DNA from: a virus
DNA: 64,000 nt
IMG/VR virus record: IMGVR_UViG_3300007775_000157
Span: 1 to 64,000 of that record
Direction: 5' to 3' (one strand)
Shown here: piece by piece, positions 45,897-55,400 of the stretch
Layout: every line of letters starts with the position of its first letter
Position numbering within the stretch: the first letter of the stretch is position 1
The notes under the pieces: model-generated
Seen by the model: the letters and a program-made list of their open reading frames with translations, nothing else
Database searches by the model: none
What the model was told of the DNA's origin: nothing
Position numbers and translations under genes: made by a program

Positions 45897-48622
45897 TGGC
45901 TGCTCAGCAAATTTCTGGTTACGAATTGTTTGGTGGTCGAGTGAGAAGTCTGAACGCTTCTTTGGGTATCAACCAATCCCCAACGACCGTAACGGTTGAT
46001 ATCGTTAAGGATGATAATCCCATATCTGTTTCTAATAGACAAATCACAGATATATCTATAGGAGCATTTGATTTTAGAGGCATAGTACAATCATGGAGTC
46101 AAGCCAAGATAGATATTAATGGTACTGGCGTGTATCAGGTAAGACTGACGGACACCAAACCAGTTTTAAATGCTGCTCAAGTAATCATAGGGTCTGCTTT
46201 CGATTCTACCAAAACCACATCTTACGACTATGGAGATAATGTTATACCAGTTACTTTTGAATCTGCCACACAAATCAGCAATGGAGTACCATTTAGTACG
46301 ATACAAACTGTCATTGAAAACGCATCTATCAGATACGGTAGCCAGACATATACAGTAGAATTCAATTTCACACTACCAGACAGGGGAAGCTTGGTCGAGT
46401 ATTCAATCAGTGGAAGAGCATTGTCCTTACTGGAACTTATCTCTCAAATTGCCAATGATCACGGTTTAAATTGGTACGTTTCTACGTCTAGCGACAATGT
46501 TATATCTGTTAATATGTTTGGTAGAAGCAACCTTACTAATCTTACCGTCAATCAATTGGCTGCTTTACATCCAAGTGCTATAGTTCGCAGACACGAGGGT
46601 CTGGAGAACAGGGATGCTATTCAGAAAGTAGTTCTTGTCGGTGGGTATAAAACATATCTGAATAAAACTAATGGTTCTTTGTGGGAACAATTTTGGGGTT
46701 TTGAATCTGACGGCAACAAAAGGTCTGAACCAGTTTATTCTAACGATATAATGGAACAAATTATTAACAACGATTTCACCTATGAAGATTATACAGAGGA
46801 AGATGCGCAAAAAATTATATCATATGCTAATGAGTATTGGGGTAGAAAATTTATAGGTTTGATTACGCCAGCATCTGCTGTCAGTTCTGATGGTATTTCT
46901 TGGGTTAGCCCTGTCACGTCTGCATGGAATAATTCAGATAGTTTTCCACTCGATTTTAATAGAGATGGACAGTTAAAATTTCAAACAGAAGACGGTCGAT
47001 GGATAACTTTTGTTACATTACCATTGCCAGGATCACGATATGACACATCGAATACGAAAGTTAGTTATCAATGGGATGACGAATTGTTTTCTAATCCAAA
47101 TACACACATAGATGATGATGGCAATATCACTGTCAAGGCTTCTTTGGAAATCATAGATGGTTTTTCGGAAATAGAATATTGGCTTGAATTATTTATAGTA
47201 TATTTATTAAATCTAGAAACATTTACCAGTATTTCATCTGCTTTGACTGGTTTTCTAATAGAAAATTCAGATATTTCGACTATCGTAAAGTTAAACCTGA
47301 TACGTTTGGTTGGGGAGATATCTTCTGATTTGACAGATATAGCTAATGGGAATTTAATATATACAGATGCAGTCAAAAATACATTTTCAAAAAGTTTTGG
47401 TGATCAATATTTTCTTTTGACACTTGCTACTCCACTGAGAGTTAAGTCTATAACAAAAGATAGCGCTGTTAATGAAGATACTGGTTTCGTAGAACAATCA
47501 GATGTAATAACGAGAACAAGAGTAGAATCTATAGAAGAGGCATATCTAGCATTGAGCGATCAAAGAGAAACATATGGTCCTTGGTCAAATAGAGAAAATG
47601 CAATAGGTAGAACAGAAGTAATTATTGATCCATCCTTAACACCATGGTCTTTTGGCTACAGAGGGATTACCAATGCAACTGGGACAGACCTTATGGATCA
47701 AGTTGCTAGAGCCAAAATAAGAACTGTCGCAGATATAACTCTTGATGCAAAAACAGCGGAACTAGAAGTAGCTGGATTGCCAGCTATTAATCTTGGAAGT
47801 CAGATACAGACTACAGGAGCCGTAACATCTATAAGTATCACATTTTCGGTACAAGGAGTCAAGACCATTTATAAGGCTTTACAATATACAAACGATTTGT
47901 CTAAATATATCAGACAACAACAAGAGTTAATAGATAAACTACGAAGACAAGCAGCAGAATTTAACAACACACAACTACCTCCACAAAACGATTGGAAATT
48001 AGATAGAACATTGCGCAATTTGAAAAAAGAATTGCCAGACCCATCAGTTGGATCAAAAAACGAGGGTAATAGACGTTCGGCGAGAAGACTTTTGGGAAGA
48101 ATAGATGAAAGAGCTAGCGACACAGAGCCTAAATATCATATCTTACCAATGGCTTGGGTTTCCGATGCTTTTGGCGAATTAACGCTTGTAAGAGACCCAA
48201 AGGTTTTTGGGAGATATCTCAACGTAGTAAATATGTCTGAAAAACAAACAGCCCCTGGTAGATTGCCAGTTGGGACAGATGTTCAGGTTAATGAATTTTT
48301 GACTACAGATGGTGGTGTCACTGCTTATTACATAGAAGTTTCTGCGCCAAAACCTCCAACATTCAAAGCTACTATAATAGATTTTGTAAGTGATTCTTCT
48401 CCTATCTATGAAGTAGAACCAGTTGTAAACGGTGTGCAAGAAATAAACTTGTTAAGTACCGAACTTCTTGCATTACAAGCTGTTACCAATATTGGCGAAC
48501 CAGAGAATTATAGAGGTTATTTATCAATAGGCGCAGAAGTAACAATTTCGTGGAATGAAAATTCGGATGGAACATATACGCCTTTTATAGAACAACAAGT
48601 TAATTTGTTCAAGCCAGTATAG
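45896..48622 (+). CDS. Tail hub/baseplate protein
   Basis: FRGIVQSW, LLELISQIA.D.G..WYV hub-like pattern; duplicated C-terminal V.N..E....G.L..G..V module. Confidence 0.6.
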   Translation: MAAQQISGYELFGGRVRSLNASLGINQSPTTVTVDIVKDDNPISVSNRQITDISIGAFDFRGIVQSWSQAKIDINGTGVYQVRLTDTKPVLNAAQVIIGSAFDSTKTTSYDYGDNVIPVTFESATQISNGVPFSTIQTVIENASIRYGSQTYTVEFNFTLPDRGSLVEYSISGRALSLLELISQIANDHGLNWYVSTSSDNVISVNMFGRSNLTNLTVNQLAALHPSAIVRRHEGLENRDAIQKVVLVGGYKTYLNKTNGSLWEQFWGFESDGNKRSEPVYSNDIMEQIINNDFTYEDYTEEDAQKIISYANEYWGRKFIGLITPASAVSSDGISWVSPVTSAWNNSDSFPLDFNRDGQLKFQTEDGRWITFVTLPLPGSRYDTSNTKVSYQWDDELFSNPNTHIDDDGNITVKASLEIIDGFSEIEYWLELFIVYLLNLETFTSISSALTGFLIENSDISTIVKLNLIRLVGEISSDLTDIANGNLIYTDAVKNTFSKSFGDQYFLLTLATPLRVKSITKDSAVNEDTGFVEQSDVITRTRVESIEEAYLALSDQRETYGPWSNRENAIGRTEVIIDPSLTPWSFGYRGITNATGTDLMDQVARAKIRTVADITLDAKTAELEVAGLPAINLGSQIQTTGAVTSISITFSVQGVKTIYKALQYTNDLSKYIRQQQELIDKLRRQAAEFNNTQLPPQNDWKLDRTLRNLKKELPDPSVGSKNEGNRRSARRLLGRIDERASDTEPKYHILPMAWVSDAFGELTLVRDPKVFGRYLNVVNMSEKQTAPGRLPVGTDVQVNEFLTTDGGVTAYYIEVSAPKPPTFKATIIDFVSDSSPIYEVEPVVNGVQEINLLSTELLALQAVTNIGEPENYRGYLSIGAEVTISWNENSDGTYTPFIEQQVNLFKPV

Positions 48623-49720
48623 GTGGTTGATATGACAAGGACTGGACCAAATCAAGATGTAAATGATCCCACAACGATCATAGAACTCGCTTATGAATAT
48701 AATGCCACAAGTCAATCCCTTGGAGACTTTTTGGCTCAATCAATTGCAGAAGACCCCAGTGTCACTGGTAGTCCAATTGTAGATGTATCTATCCCGCTAA
48801 AGATAGAAGATGGTTCTAGTGTCTTATTGTACGGTAGTGATATTACATACGATGGGACATATCATTACGACCAAGATGTGGTTGCAAAAGCGAATATTTT
48901 AACCTATGTAGGTCTAGCTGAAAGATTTCGAGATTATTGGGAATCACTGAACGCCGTTATAGATTCTTTGTCCGATTTCACTACTATCTCTGAAACCGGA
49001 ATAAGTCCTGAGATATATGGATCGGGCATTAGTGTTTTTCCATACACGAGAACATATGGAACTTCTGGTGGAATTTCATACACCTTGAATTCTTTTACAC
49101 ACTCACCAACTTCATCCTTAGAAACACCAGAATGGTACGGTTCTGGAGACACAAACTATAATCAAGCAACTTATCCACAGCTTTTATCCGAATTACAATT
49201 GATAGAAGTGACAAGAACTTTCGCCATAGAAGATACCTGGGAAACCAATTATAGATTTGAATTATTGGTCGACGACAGTGGATCGCAAAGAAGTGCGAGT
49301 CTTTCATGTCCTTTGACAAATGCTTATACTTCAGTTCTTGAAAACCAATATGTACAAATCTACAATTCTACTACTTCTGCCATAAATATCAGCTTGTCGG
49401 CAGATGTAACAATAAGCACCGATGATATATGTAGTTTAGGCGTAGGTTCTTTTGGAGAAATAGACGACCTAAATATTTATCCAGACCCACTTTTGGGTGA
49501 TAAAAGTTTATTATCGTCCTATATGTCATCTTCTAAAACAACCTCTGGCGCAGACAGCCTAAGCCACACGCGAAACATCTCTATTCCCGCTGGCAAATCT
49601 GCGTTTATAGGAGTCGGTGCTTCTGTCAATTTTGCCGCTTTTGTTGGGACATACGCTATCGTGGATATAGTTGTCACATTAAATGGGTATACATTTTCAT
49701 ATTCAGGTAATATCGCTTAA
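48623..49720 (+). CDS. Putative tail tip protein
   Basis: Acidic Ser/Thr-rich protein in tail operon. Confidence 0.5.
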   Translation: MVDMTRTGPNQDVNDPTTIIELAYEYNATSQSLGDFLAQSIAEDPSVTGSPIVDVSIPLKIEDGSSVLLYGSDITYDGTYHYDQDVVAKANILTYVGLAERFRDYWESLNAVIDSLSDFTTISETGISPEIYGSGISVFPYTRTYGTSGGISYTLNSFTHSPTSSLETPEWYGSGDTNYNQATYPQLLSELQLIEVTRTFAIEDTWETNYRFELLVDDSGSQRSASLSCPLTNAYTSVLENQYVQIYNSTTSAINISLSADVTISTDDICSLGVGSFGEIDDLNIYPDPLLGDKSLLSSYMSSSKTTSGADSLSHTRNISIPAGKSAFIGVGASVNFAAFVGTYAIVDIVVTLNGYTFSYSGNIA

Positions 49721-49721
49721 A

Positions 49722-49732
49722 ATGTGTATAAT
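49722..49732 (+). promoter_or_regulatory. Putative late promoter motif ATGTGTATAAT
   Basis: Motif upstream of 49753. Confidence 0.65.
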
Positions 49733-49752
49733 AAAGACGAAAGGCAATACTT

Positions 49753-50367
49753 ATGTCAGAAATTAATATCTATTTCGCTGAAACAGATGTCAGAATAGAA
49801 ACTGGTGAAGCTCTTGGCTTTTTTGGTCCAGAAGGCTATGGAGACCCATTGTCTATTGGAGAATATAATGGAAGAACCTTTGTAACAAGTACAGATGGCG
49901 ACACTCCGTACGAAGAATGTGATAACTGTAAGAAGATATCCTCTTCTGGAGTTGTTATCGGCCAGACAGGAAATGGTATCAATCTAAGGAATTTGCCGAA
50001 TTACCTGGCTACCATAAATATAAGGTTCACTCATCCACAGGAGGTTCTTGTTCAAAACGCTAGATTGATAGCTTTTGATGGGAATGATCAGGCAGTCGCT
50101 CCTGTAGGCCTAGACGTGTACGGTGCGGAGATTATACATACCAGCAGGCTTCAGAGCGACACGGGCGTAGGAGACACTTCCTGGCTTAAAATGGAGGGGT
50201 CCGGAGTACAACTGGATTTAGTCGATTCTCCAGCTACATCTGGCATCAGTCCTCTTGGACCAGCCAGTCTAGATACGAGACATGACTGGTTCGTAGCTTT
50301 GTCTGTCACGCCTACTACTCCTGGGGATAAGACGTTCAGTTTTAGGGCAGAACTTGAATATGTGTAA
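49753..50367 (+). CDS. Virion protein, paralogue of 50437..51072
   Basis: Shared LGFFG, TF.T, T.N.RFT, QNA.L, RHDW.V.LS..P...G.K, LEY. Confidence 0.6.
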   Translation: MSEINIYFAETDVRIETGEALGFFGPEGYGDPLSIGEYNGRTFVTSTDGDTPYEECDNCKKISSSGVVIGQTGNGINLRNLPNYLATINIRFTHPQEVLVQNARLIAFDGNDQAVAPVGLDVYGAEIIHTSRLQSDTGVGDTSWLKMEGSGVQLDLVDSPATSGISPLGPASLDTRHDWFVALSVTPTTPGDKTFSFRAELEYV

Positions 50368-50380
50368 ATAAGTTTGAATT

Positions 50381-50390
50381 TGGTGTATAA
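50381..50390 (+). promoter_or_regulatory. Putative late promoter motif TGGTGTATAA
   Basis: Motif upstream of 50437. Confidence 0.7.
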
Positions 50391-50436
50391 AAAGTTGGAT
50401 TTTTTAACTTTTAAGCTATAAAAGGGAGGTGAAAAA

Positions 50437-51072
50437 ATGGCAGCAGCAATTACATTTTATGCCGGTCAGGGCGGTGGAGTTTGGCAGAATCTGAATTCAT
50501 CTGGTCTTGGATTTTTCGGTGCATCTTTTGGGACTTCGGTTCAAGTTGGGCAGTATCAAGATAGCACTTTCATTACCACCAGCAATGGTTCTTCTCAAGG
50601 TCCACAGGCTACTAACTGTAAATTTGAAACTCCTTCGGGTGTCATCATAAATGGAGATTCGTCGATTCAGCCGTCCGCTGTACCGATCAACTCTGGAACG
50701 ATGAACGTCAGGTTTACGTTTGATTCGGCAGTTCAGACACAAAATGCGGAACTGAGGATTTTTGATAGGTCTAATATCAATACTGGCGCAACAGGCGTCA
50801 CGACCAAGGTTTTGCAAGTCTGTAATGGTGGGTCTGGAGTTAGTTCTAGTGGAACGGCAATCGCTCCAGGTAGTCATTCCGGTTGGTTTACCCCGGTAGG
50901 TTCTAGCGTTACTGTCCCGTTGCTTAGCAGCGCTGGTACTAGTGGTACGAGCATTTCGGGTGTTGCAACCCAGGACGATCGTCACGATTGGTACGTTTGT
51001 CTATCAGCAAGTCCGGATAGTATTGGAGCTAAAGAGGCTTTTGGTCTCTACGTACAATTAGAATATCTCTAA
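50437..51072 (+). CDS. Putatively abundant virion protein, paralogue of 49753..50367
   Basis: GGGAGGTG RBS; own promoter and terminator; Ser/Gly-rich. Confidence 0.6.
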   Translation: MAAAITFYAGQGGGVWQNLNSSGLGFFGASFGTSVQVGQYQDSTFITTSNGSSQGPQATNCKFETPSGVIINGDSSIQPSAVPINSGTMNVRFTFDSAVQTQNAELRIFDRSNINTGATGVTTKVLQVCNGGSGVSSSGTAIAPGSHSGWFTPVGSSVTVPLLSSAGTSGTSISGVATQDDRHDWYVCLSASPDSIGAKEAFGLYVQLEYL

Positions 51073-51092
51073 TATCTTAATGACCGAAATAC

Positions 51093-51139
51093 GGGGGAAT
51101 GTGTTGATTGACCCAACGATCATAGCTTCCCCCTTTTTT
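51093..51139 (+). terminator. Rho-independent terminator (long irregular hairpin)
   Basis: GGGGGAA...TTCCCCC-TTTTTT. Confidence 0.75.
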
Positions 51140-51154
51140 ATTTGAAGGATTATT

Positions 51155-51472
51155 ATGTGGTCAAAAACGATGGGACTAGATGGTAATATGTATGATTCGT
51201 CTTCAGAGGCGAATGTTGCTGATTGGTTGTATTTAAACGATATAGAATATGTACCACATAAAAAACTCCCTAAGCCAAGCCGAGGCATATGTGATTTTTA
51301 TCTGCCAGACTGTAAATTATGGATAGAATATGACGGTTTGATGGAAGTAAGGAAAGATGATAAACTGTTAAAAAAACAACAGTTTTATGAAGATCACAAT
51401 ATGAATTTTCTTATTATCACAAGAGACAACTGGCAAAGAGATTTGCTGGAACAAATAGAATTAGGGGCATAA
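51155..51472 (+). CDS. PD-(D/E)XK endonuclease-like protein
   Basis: S..EA.VADWL...CDFYLP...WIEYDG. Confidence 0.75.
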   Translation: MWSKTMGLDGNMYDSSSEANVADWLYLNDIEYVPHKKLPKPSRGICDFYLPDCKLWIEYDGLMEVRKDDKLLKKQQFYEDHNMNFLIITRDNWQRDLLEQIELGA

Positions 51473-51473
51473 G

Positions 51474-51869
51474 ATGGGCATAACTAAAAAATCTAATGCA
51501 ATCTATGGCGTTATATTCACGATAATTGGTATTATTGGTGGGGCGACAGGTACAGCTTTTAGTATTGGCGCAGACAAACAAAGAATAAATGATCAATTAA
51601 ATAACAATACTCGTGCAGTCTCTCTCGTAGAAGGGAAACTACAAGACTATAAAACTAAAATAGAGAAAGAGACAAAAGAACAAAGACAAAATTTACAAGA
51701 CGAACTAGATCGGCTGGTGAAAGTTATGTCCTCTCAAGTATCTTCTATACAAAACAGTTTAGTAGACATAAACGGCAATGTTTCTAATCTGAGAACGGAC
51801 GTAAAAGTAATTCAAGCCATAGTAGAAAGACTAGAAAAACAATTGAAATCGTCTAGAACGTCAAATTAG
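51474..51869 (+). CDS. Membrane-anchored coiled-coil protein (holin/spanin-like, uncertain)
   Basis: One N-terminal TM helix then coiled coil; last gene before strand switch. Confidence 0.5.
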   Translation: MGITKKSNAIYGVIFTIIGIIGGATGTAFSIGADKQRINDQLNNNTRAVSLVEGKLQDYKTKIEKETKEQRQNLQDELDRLVKVMSSQVSSIQNSLVDINGNVSNLRTDVKVIQAIVERLEKQLKSSRTSN

Positions 51870-52342
51870 TTCCAGTTGTAGCAAACAACTACAGCCCTTT
51901 CCAAGATGGTTTTTAAAATACAGGATTCACCAATAGTAATGTTGTGACTGGCTACGCAGATGTTGGGTTGATCGCTTCTTTTAACGCTTAGATGGATTCT
52001 GAGAACACCCTGGTCATCCTTACCGAAGTAAAGAACTGAATTCCCATTCTGGTTGGAATGAAACAGCCCTTTGTGTTTTCCTTTCTGGCTGTCGAATGGT
52101 CCAACCGCTGGTTTCATACCATTTAATACCGACAGAATTTCTCCAATATCACTATCGCCTAATTTGAAAGAGATTTTTTTGTCCCAATCAAATTTAGCAT
52201 TTCCGTCTTCTGTCTTTCCGCATTGCTTAGCCATTTCTAGAAATACACAATCTTTTTTAGAAGATATGCTCCATTGAGATGCACAGCCGTCACAACTTCT
52301 ACGCGGTTTATACATTATGTATGATTTCGGGAAATTACTCAT
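51866..52342 (-). CDS. Whirly-like ssDNA-binding protein
   Basis: SYIMYK...VFLEMA....FDWDKKISFKLGDSDIG...LFH resembles Whirly pattern YSIYK...LLQFA...YDW.RKQ.F.LS..EIG...FFH. Confidence 0.7.
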   Translation of the reverse strand: MSNFPKSYIMYKPRRSCDGCASQWSISSKKDCVFLEMAKQCGKTEDGNAKFDWDKKISFKLGDSDIGEILSVLNGMKPAVGPFDSQKGKHKGLFHSNQNGNSVLYFGKDDQGVLRIHLSVKRSDQPNICVASHNITIGESCILKTILERAVVVCYNWN

Positions 52343-52344
52343 TA

Positions 52345-53298
52345 TTATGTTCCTTTCTCTGTTTTGGGGGTTGTTGATTCTTCTTTTAATTCTCTCATTC
52401 TTTTCGCTGTCAATAAAGCGTCTTCATATGTAAGAGATTGAAGGTTCACGTCTCCAGTATTTTCATCCATTTTATATTCAATTCCAAGATCATCCAATAC
52501 ATCAGAAATGATAAAATTATTCCTCGTAGCCATCATCCTTATCATGGTAATTTGACTTGTATGTATTGAACCACCACTTTGCACATCAGAAGAGTTAGCT
52601 ACAGTCTTGCTAATTTCTTCAGCAGACACCACTCTTTTCAAACAAAGTGCATTTCTGAACATACGACCCTTAGCCCTTGTGTCTGCCATAGCAACTAGAT
52701 AAGTTGCATAATCTTCTATGCAATTTTCTGGATGAGCATCTGCTAGCGCCTCGAATCTTTTGGTAATCCCGGTATTTCTGTTCATAAAAATACCCCAGGC
52801 CTTGACAGCAGCCCTAAAACCATTCTCTGAAGTTGGCGAACACACAAGATCACAACCTTCTTCAATCATTTCTCCAAGAATTAATCCCGCTATACGTCTC
52901 AACCCTTCTACTCTTGGATTTTGACCATCGACTTCGTCATCCATAAATTGTCCAAGAACATATTGAGTCCATTCAGGATCGCAAGGGTCAGGTGGTGATT
53001 TCGGCAAATCATCGCCTGCCGTCTCTATCTCTACTGTCTCTTGTTGTGAACTTATTTTTTCTGGCATGTTTATTTCAACTCCAAGGTCATCTTCGTCATC
53101 TATTTCTTCTACGTTGCCCAAAATCGATATTATTTTTTCATTCTCTAGACATAGCTTAAGTTGCTTCAATAATTCTGGTCTCTTAAAAAGTTTCCCGTTC
53201 TCATCGGAAAGCTGTTCTTTTGTATACCCCTTGCTTATAAGAACTTTGTATAATTGTTTTTTGTCCATCCTGGTCGGCGGCACATTTATATCTGACAT
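52345..53298 (-). CDS. Putative ssDNA-annealing protein (Rad52/Sak-like)
   Basis: EGLRRIA...AAV....F..LADA...N....VAMADTRAKGRMFRNAL...VSAEEI. Confidence 0.55.
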   Translation of the reverse strand: MSDINVPPTRMDKKQLYKVLISKGYTKEQLSDENGKLFKRPELLKQLKLCLENEKIISILGNVEEIDDEDDLGVEINMPEKISSQQETVEIETAGDDLPKSPPDPCDPEWTQYVLGQFMDDEVDGQNPRVEGLRRIAGLILGEMIEEGCDLVCSPTSENGFRAAVKAWGIFMNRNTGITKRFEALADAHPENCIEDYATYLVAMADTRAKGRMFRNALCLKRVVSAEEISKTVANSSDVQSGGSIHTSQITMIRMMATRNNFIISDVLDDLGIEYKMDENTGDVNLQSLTYEDALLTAKRMRELKEESTTPKTEKGT

Positions 53299-53879
53299 TT
53301 TTTCATCTCCAACAATATGAATTTAACAAAATTTTCTATATGAAAATCTGGAATAATTATTTCGCATGTTTTTATTCCAAATTCTGATTCTACTAATTTC
53401 TTATGATCTTCATGTCTAACTACAACAGAAATTCTTGGATCAATAAAAGTCTGTTCTATTTCTGTGATACTTGTGTTTGTATTGTATAAAAATTCTGGAT
53501 CAAATGCATAATAATAAATTCTTGATGCATTACTAGACAAAGCCAGTTTTGTTGTCGTTATATCTGTTGATATCAATGGATAATTGTTCCATCTAATTAG
53601 TGACGATATATTGAATACTGGACACAGAGGTTGTACGCACGGTGGTATCATGTGTTGAGAAAAAATTGAAATATCTACTCCAGAATATGATCTGCACAAA
53701 TTGTTTATATTCACTATACCTGTGTAGTTTAAATGAGAAATACCTAAGTGATTGAAAATAATCCCTATAGTAGTCAAGTCGTCAGATAAATCAAGACCTA
53801 TATTCGCCATTTCTTCTGACGCTATCGCTTTTCTTTTAAGGGATTCTAATCTACCTTTGTTTTTTTGTTTTTTAGCCAT
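53286..53879 (-). CDS. Hypothetical protein of glycosyltransferase cluster
   Basis: Operon context; weak Rossmann-like pattern. Confidence 0.5.
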   Translation of the reverse strand: MAKKQKNKGRLESLKRKAIASEEMANIGLDLSDDLTTIGIIFNHLGISHLNYTGIVNINNLCRSYSGVDISIFSQHMIPPCVQPLCPVFNISSLIRWNNYPLISTDITTTKLALSSNASRIYYYAFDPEFLYNTNTSITEIEQTFIDPRISVVVRHEDHKKLVESEFGIKTCEIIIPDFHIENFVKFILLEMKKCQI

Positions 53880-54669
53880 TGTTATTCCTATTTTGCTCTA
53901 TTATTGATCTTCGAATAAGATTTTCTTGAGCTTGAATAAATTCTTTTTCGGAATCATCTAGGTCTACAACGAGATTATTGTGTAGTGGTTCTGGTATATG
54001 ATATATCAACCCTACATTAGATATTCGCAATAACAAATCATACGCCTCACTTTTCTGTATGTTGTCGTTAAATGCGCTCCGAAGTTTTATTAAGGCTTCT
54101 ATTCTTATCATAAAATTTAAATCATATGTAAATTCAGACAAGAGTCTCTGGGCGTCGAATGAACTCAGAAACAATCTTGTTTTCAAACCATTTCGTCCGT
54201 GTTGTATATAATCATTTACTACACATGCGACATAAGAATGTTTATTGAAGATATCTAGAGACCTTTGAATTTTATTTTCTTCGTACCAACTTGTTGGGTC
54301 CAAAAACCCAAAGATGTTTGTAGGCCTATTATTCATCCTCATTGCAACATTCATAGTGTTGGCAATAGTGTTCTTTCTTTGGCGAAAGATAGTTACCGGG
54401 ACACCATGTAATGTTCCGTCAAATTTTGGTGGTAATCCAGTTTGCCCGTCTATTGTAACACTTTCTGCCCCCAATAATTCGCACAGCTTATCATACGTTC
54501 CATCCGTACTATCGTTGTCTCCAATGATCACCTTATTTGCCGGACGATTACCGGATATTACGGATAGAATAGCTCTTTCTATGGTATCTGCGTTATTCTG
54601 TGTCGCAGTTATAACGGTTACTATTTTGTCGTCTTGCATCGTGATATACATGATCCTTCGCAAAGCCAA
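53872..54669 (-). CDS. Glycosyltransferase family 2
   Basis: VTVIT...N...IERAI.SV, IIGDNDSTDGT, YDLLLRI; true start probably ~54639. Confidence 0.85.
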   Translation of the reverse strand: MALRRIMYITMQDDKIVTVITATQNNADTIERAILSVISGNRPANKVIIGDNDSTDGTYDKLCELLGAESVTIDGQTGLPPKFDGTLHGVPVTIFRQRKNTIANTMNVAMRMNNRPTNIFGFLDPTSWYEENKIQRSLDIFNKHSYVACVVNDYIQHGRNGLKTRLFLSSFDAQRLLSEFTYDLNFMIRIEALIKLRSAFNDNIQKSEAYDLLLRISNVGLIYHIPEPLHNNLVVDLDDSEKEFIQAQENLIRRSIIEQNRNNNG

Positions 54670-55400
54670 GAAAGCTTTATATGAGTCGTTTTACTTTCTT
54701 CTTCAAGCACATTTGTGAACGTATCTGAGACCTTATTTGCCATTAATGTCCTGTATGGCACTGTGATAAATAAACCAGAATGTATGAAGTTTTCATGAAG
54801 AAATGTCTGATGCGTCATATATGGAACAGACCAATGAATTACTCTGGCAGGTATTTGCTGCACTCTGACAGCCAGTTCATCGATGTTACGAACAATGCTA
54901 CCGGCCCTAATCACAAAGAAAAATGGAGATTTGACCATCTTGACAATTCTTCTTATAGTCTGTTCTGTCTGCAAAGGAGGTTCATGATCTACACTACTAT
55001 TTGCAACAATTTCAATTGGTGTTTGTTTGTTATTCTGGAGATATTGCATGGCTAGATTTTTTCTATCTCCAAACCCGGTGGTATCTGCTATAATAACTTT
55101 TTTTGCATAATTCTTATACCAAGACGAATTACCAATTGTAGTTTCAAGGTCTTTTATGGTATCTCTGTGTTCGTCAAATATAACAATTAGATCGAACACC
55201 AATTTATTATCAGCTATTATTGCTTGTATCATTGCTTCAGTCTCTGTTAGGCCTTTATCTTTAGCCCAAGAAATACTTCGGCAGCATCGACAATATCCTG
55301 GAGCGACCATCTTGCCATTCAGGTCAATGTTAAATTGACCTATCGCACACTGCTTGTTAGCCTTGAGAAAACAACAACCTTCACATCCTGTGGTTAACAT
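54621..55400 (-). CDS. Hypothetical protein, Cys-rich N-terminus plus degenerate GT-A-like domain
   Basis: CEGCCF...C...CRCC; cluster context. Confidence 0.5.
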   Translation of the reverse strand: MLTTGCEGCCFLKANKQCAIGQFNIDLNGKMVAPGYCRCCRSISWAKDKGLTETEAMIQAIIADNKLVFDLIVIFDEHRDTIKDLETTIGNSSWYKNYAKKVIIADTTGFGDRKNLAMQYLQNNKQTPIEIVANSSVDHEPPLQTEQTIRRIVKMVKSPFFFVIRAGSIVRNIDELAVRVQQIPARVIHWSVPYMTHQTFLHENFIHSGLFITVPYRTLMANKVSDTFTNVLEEESKTTHIKLSWLCEGSCISRCKTTK

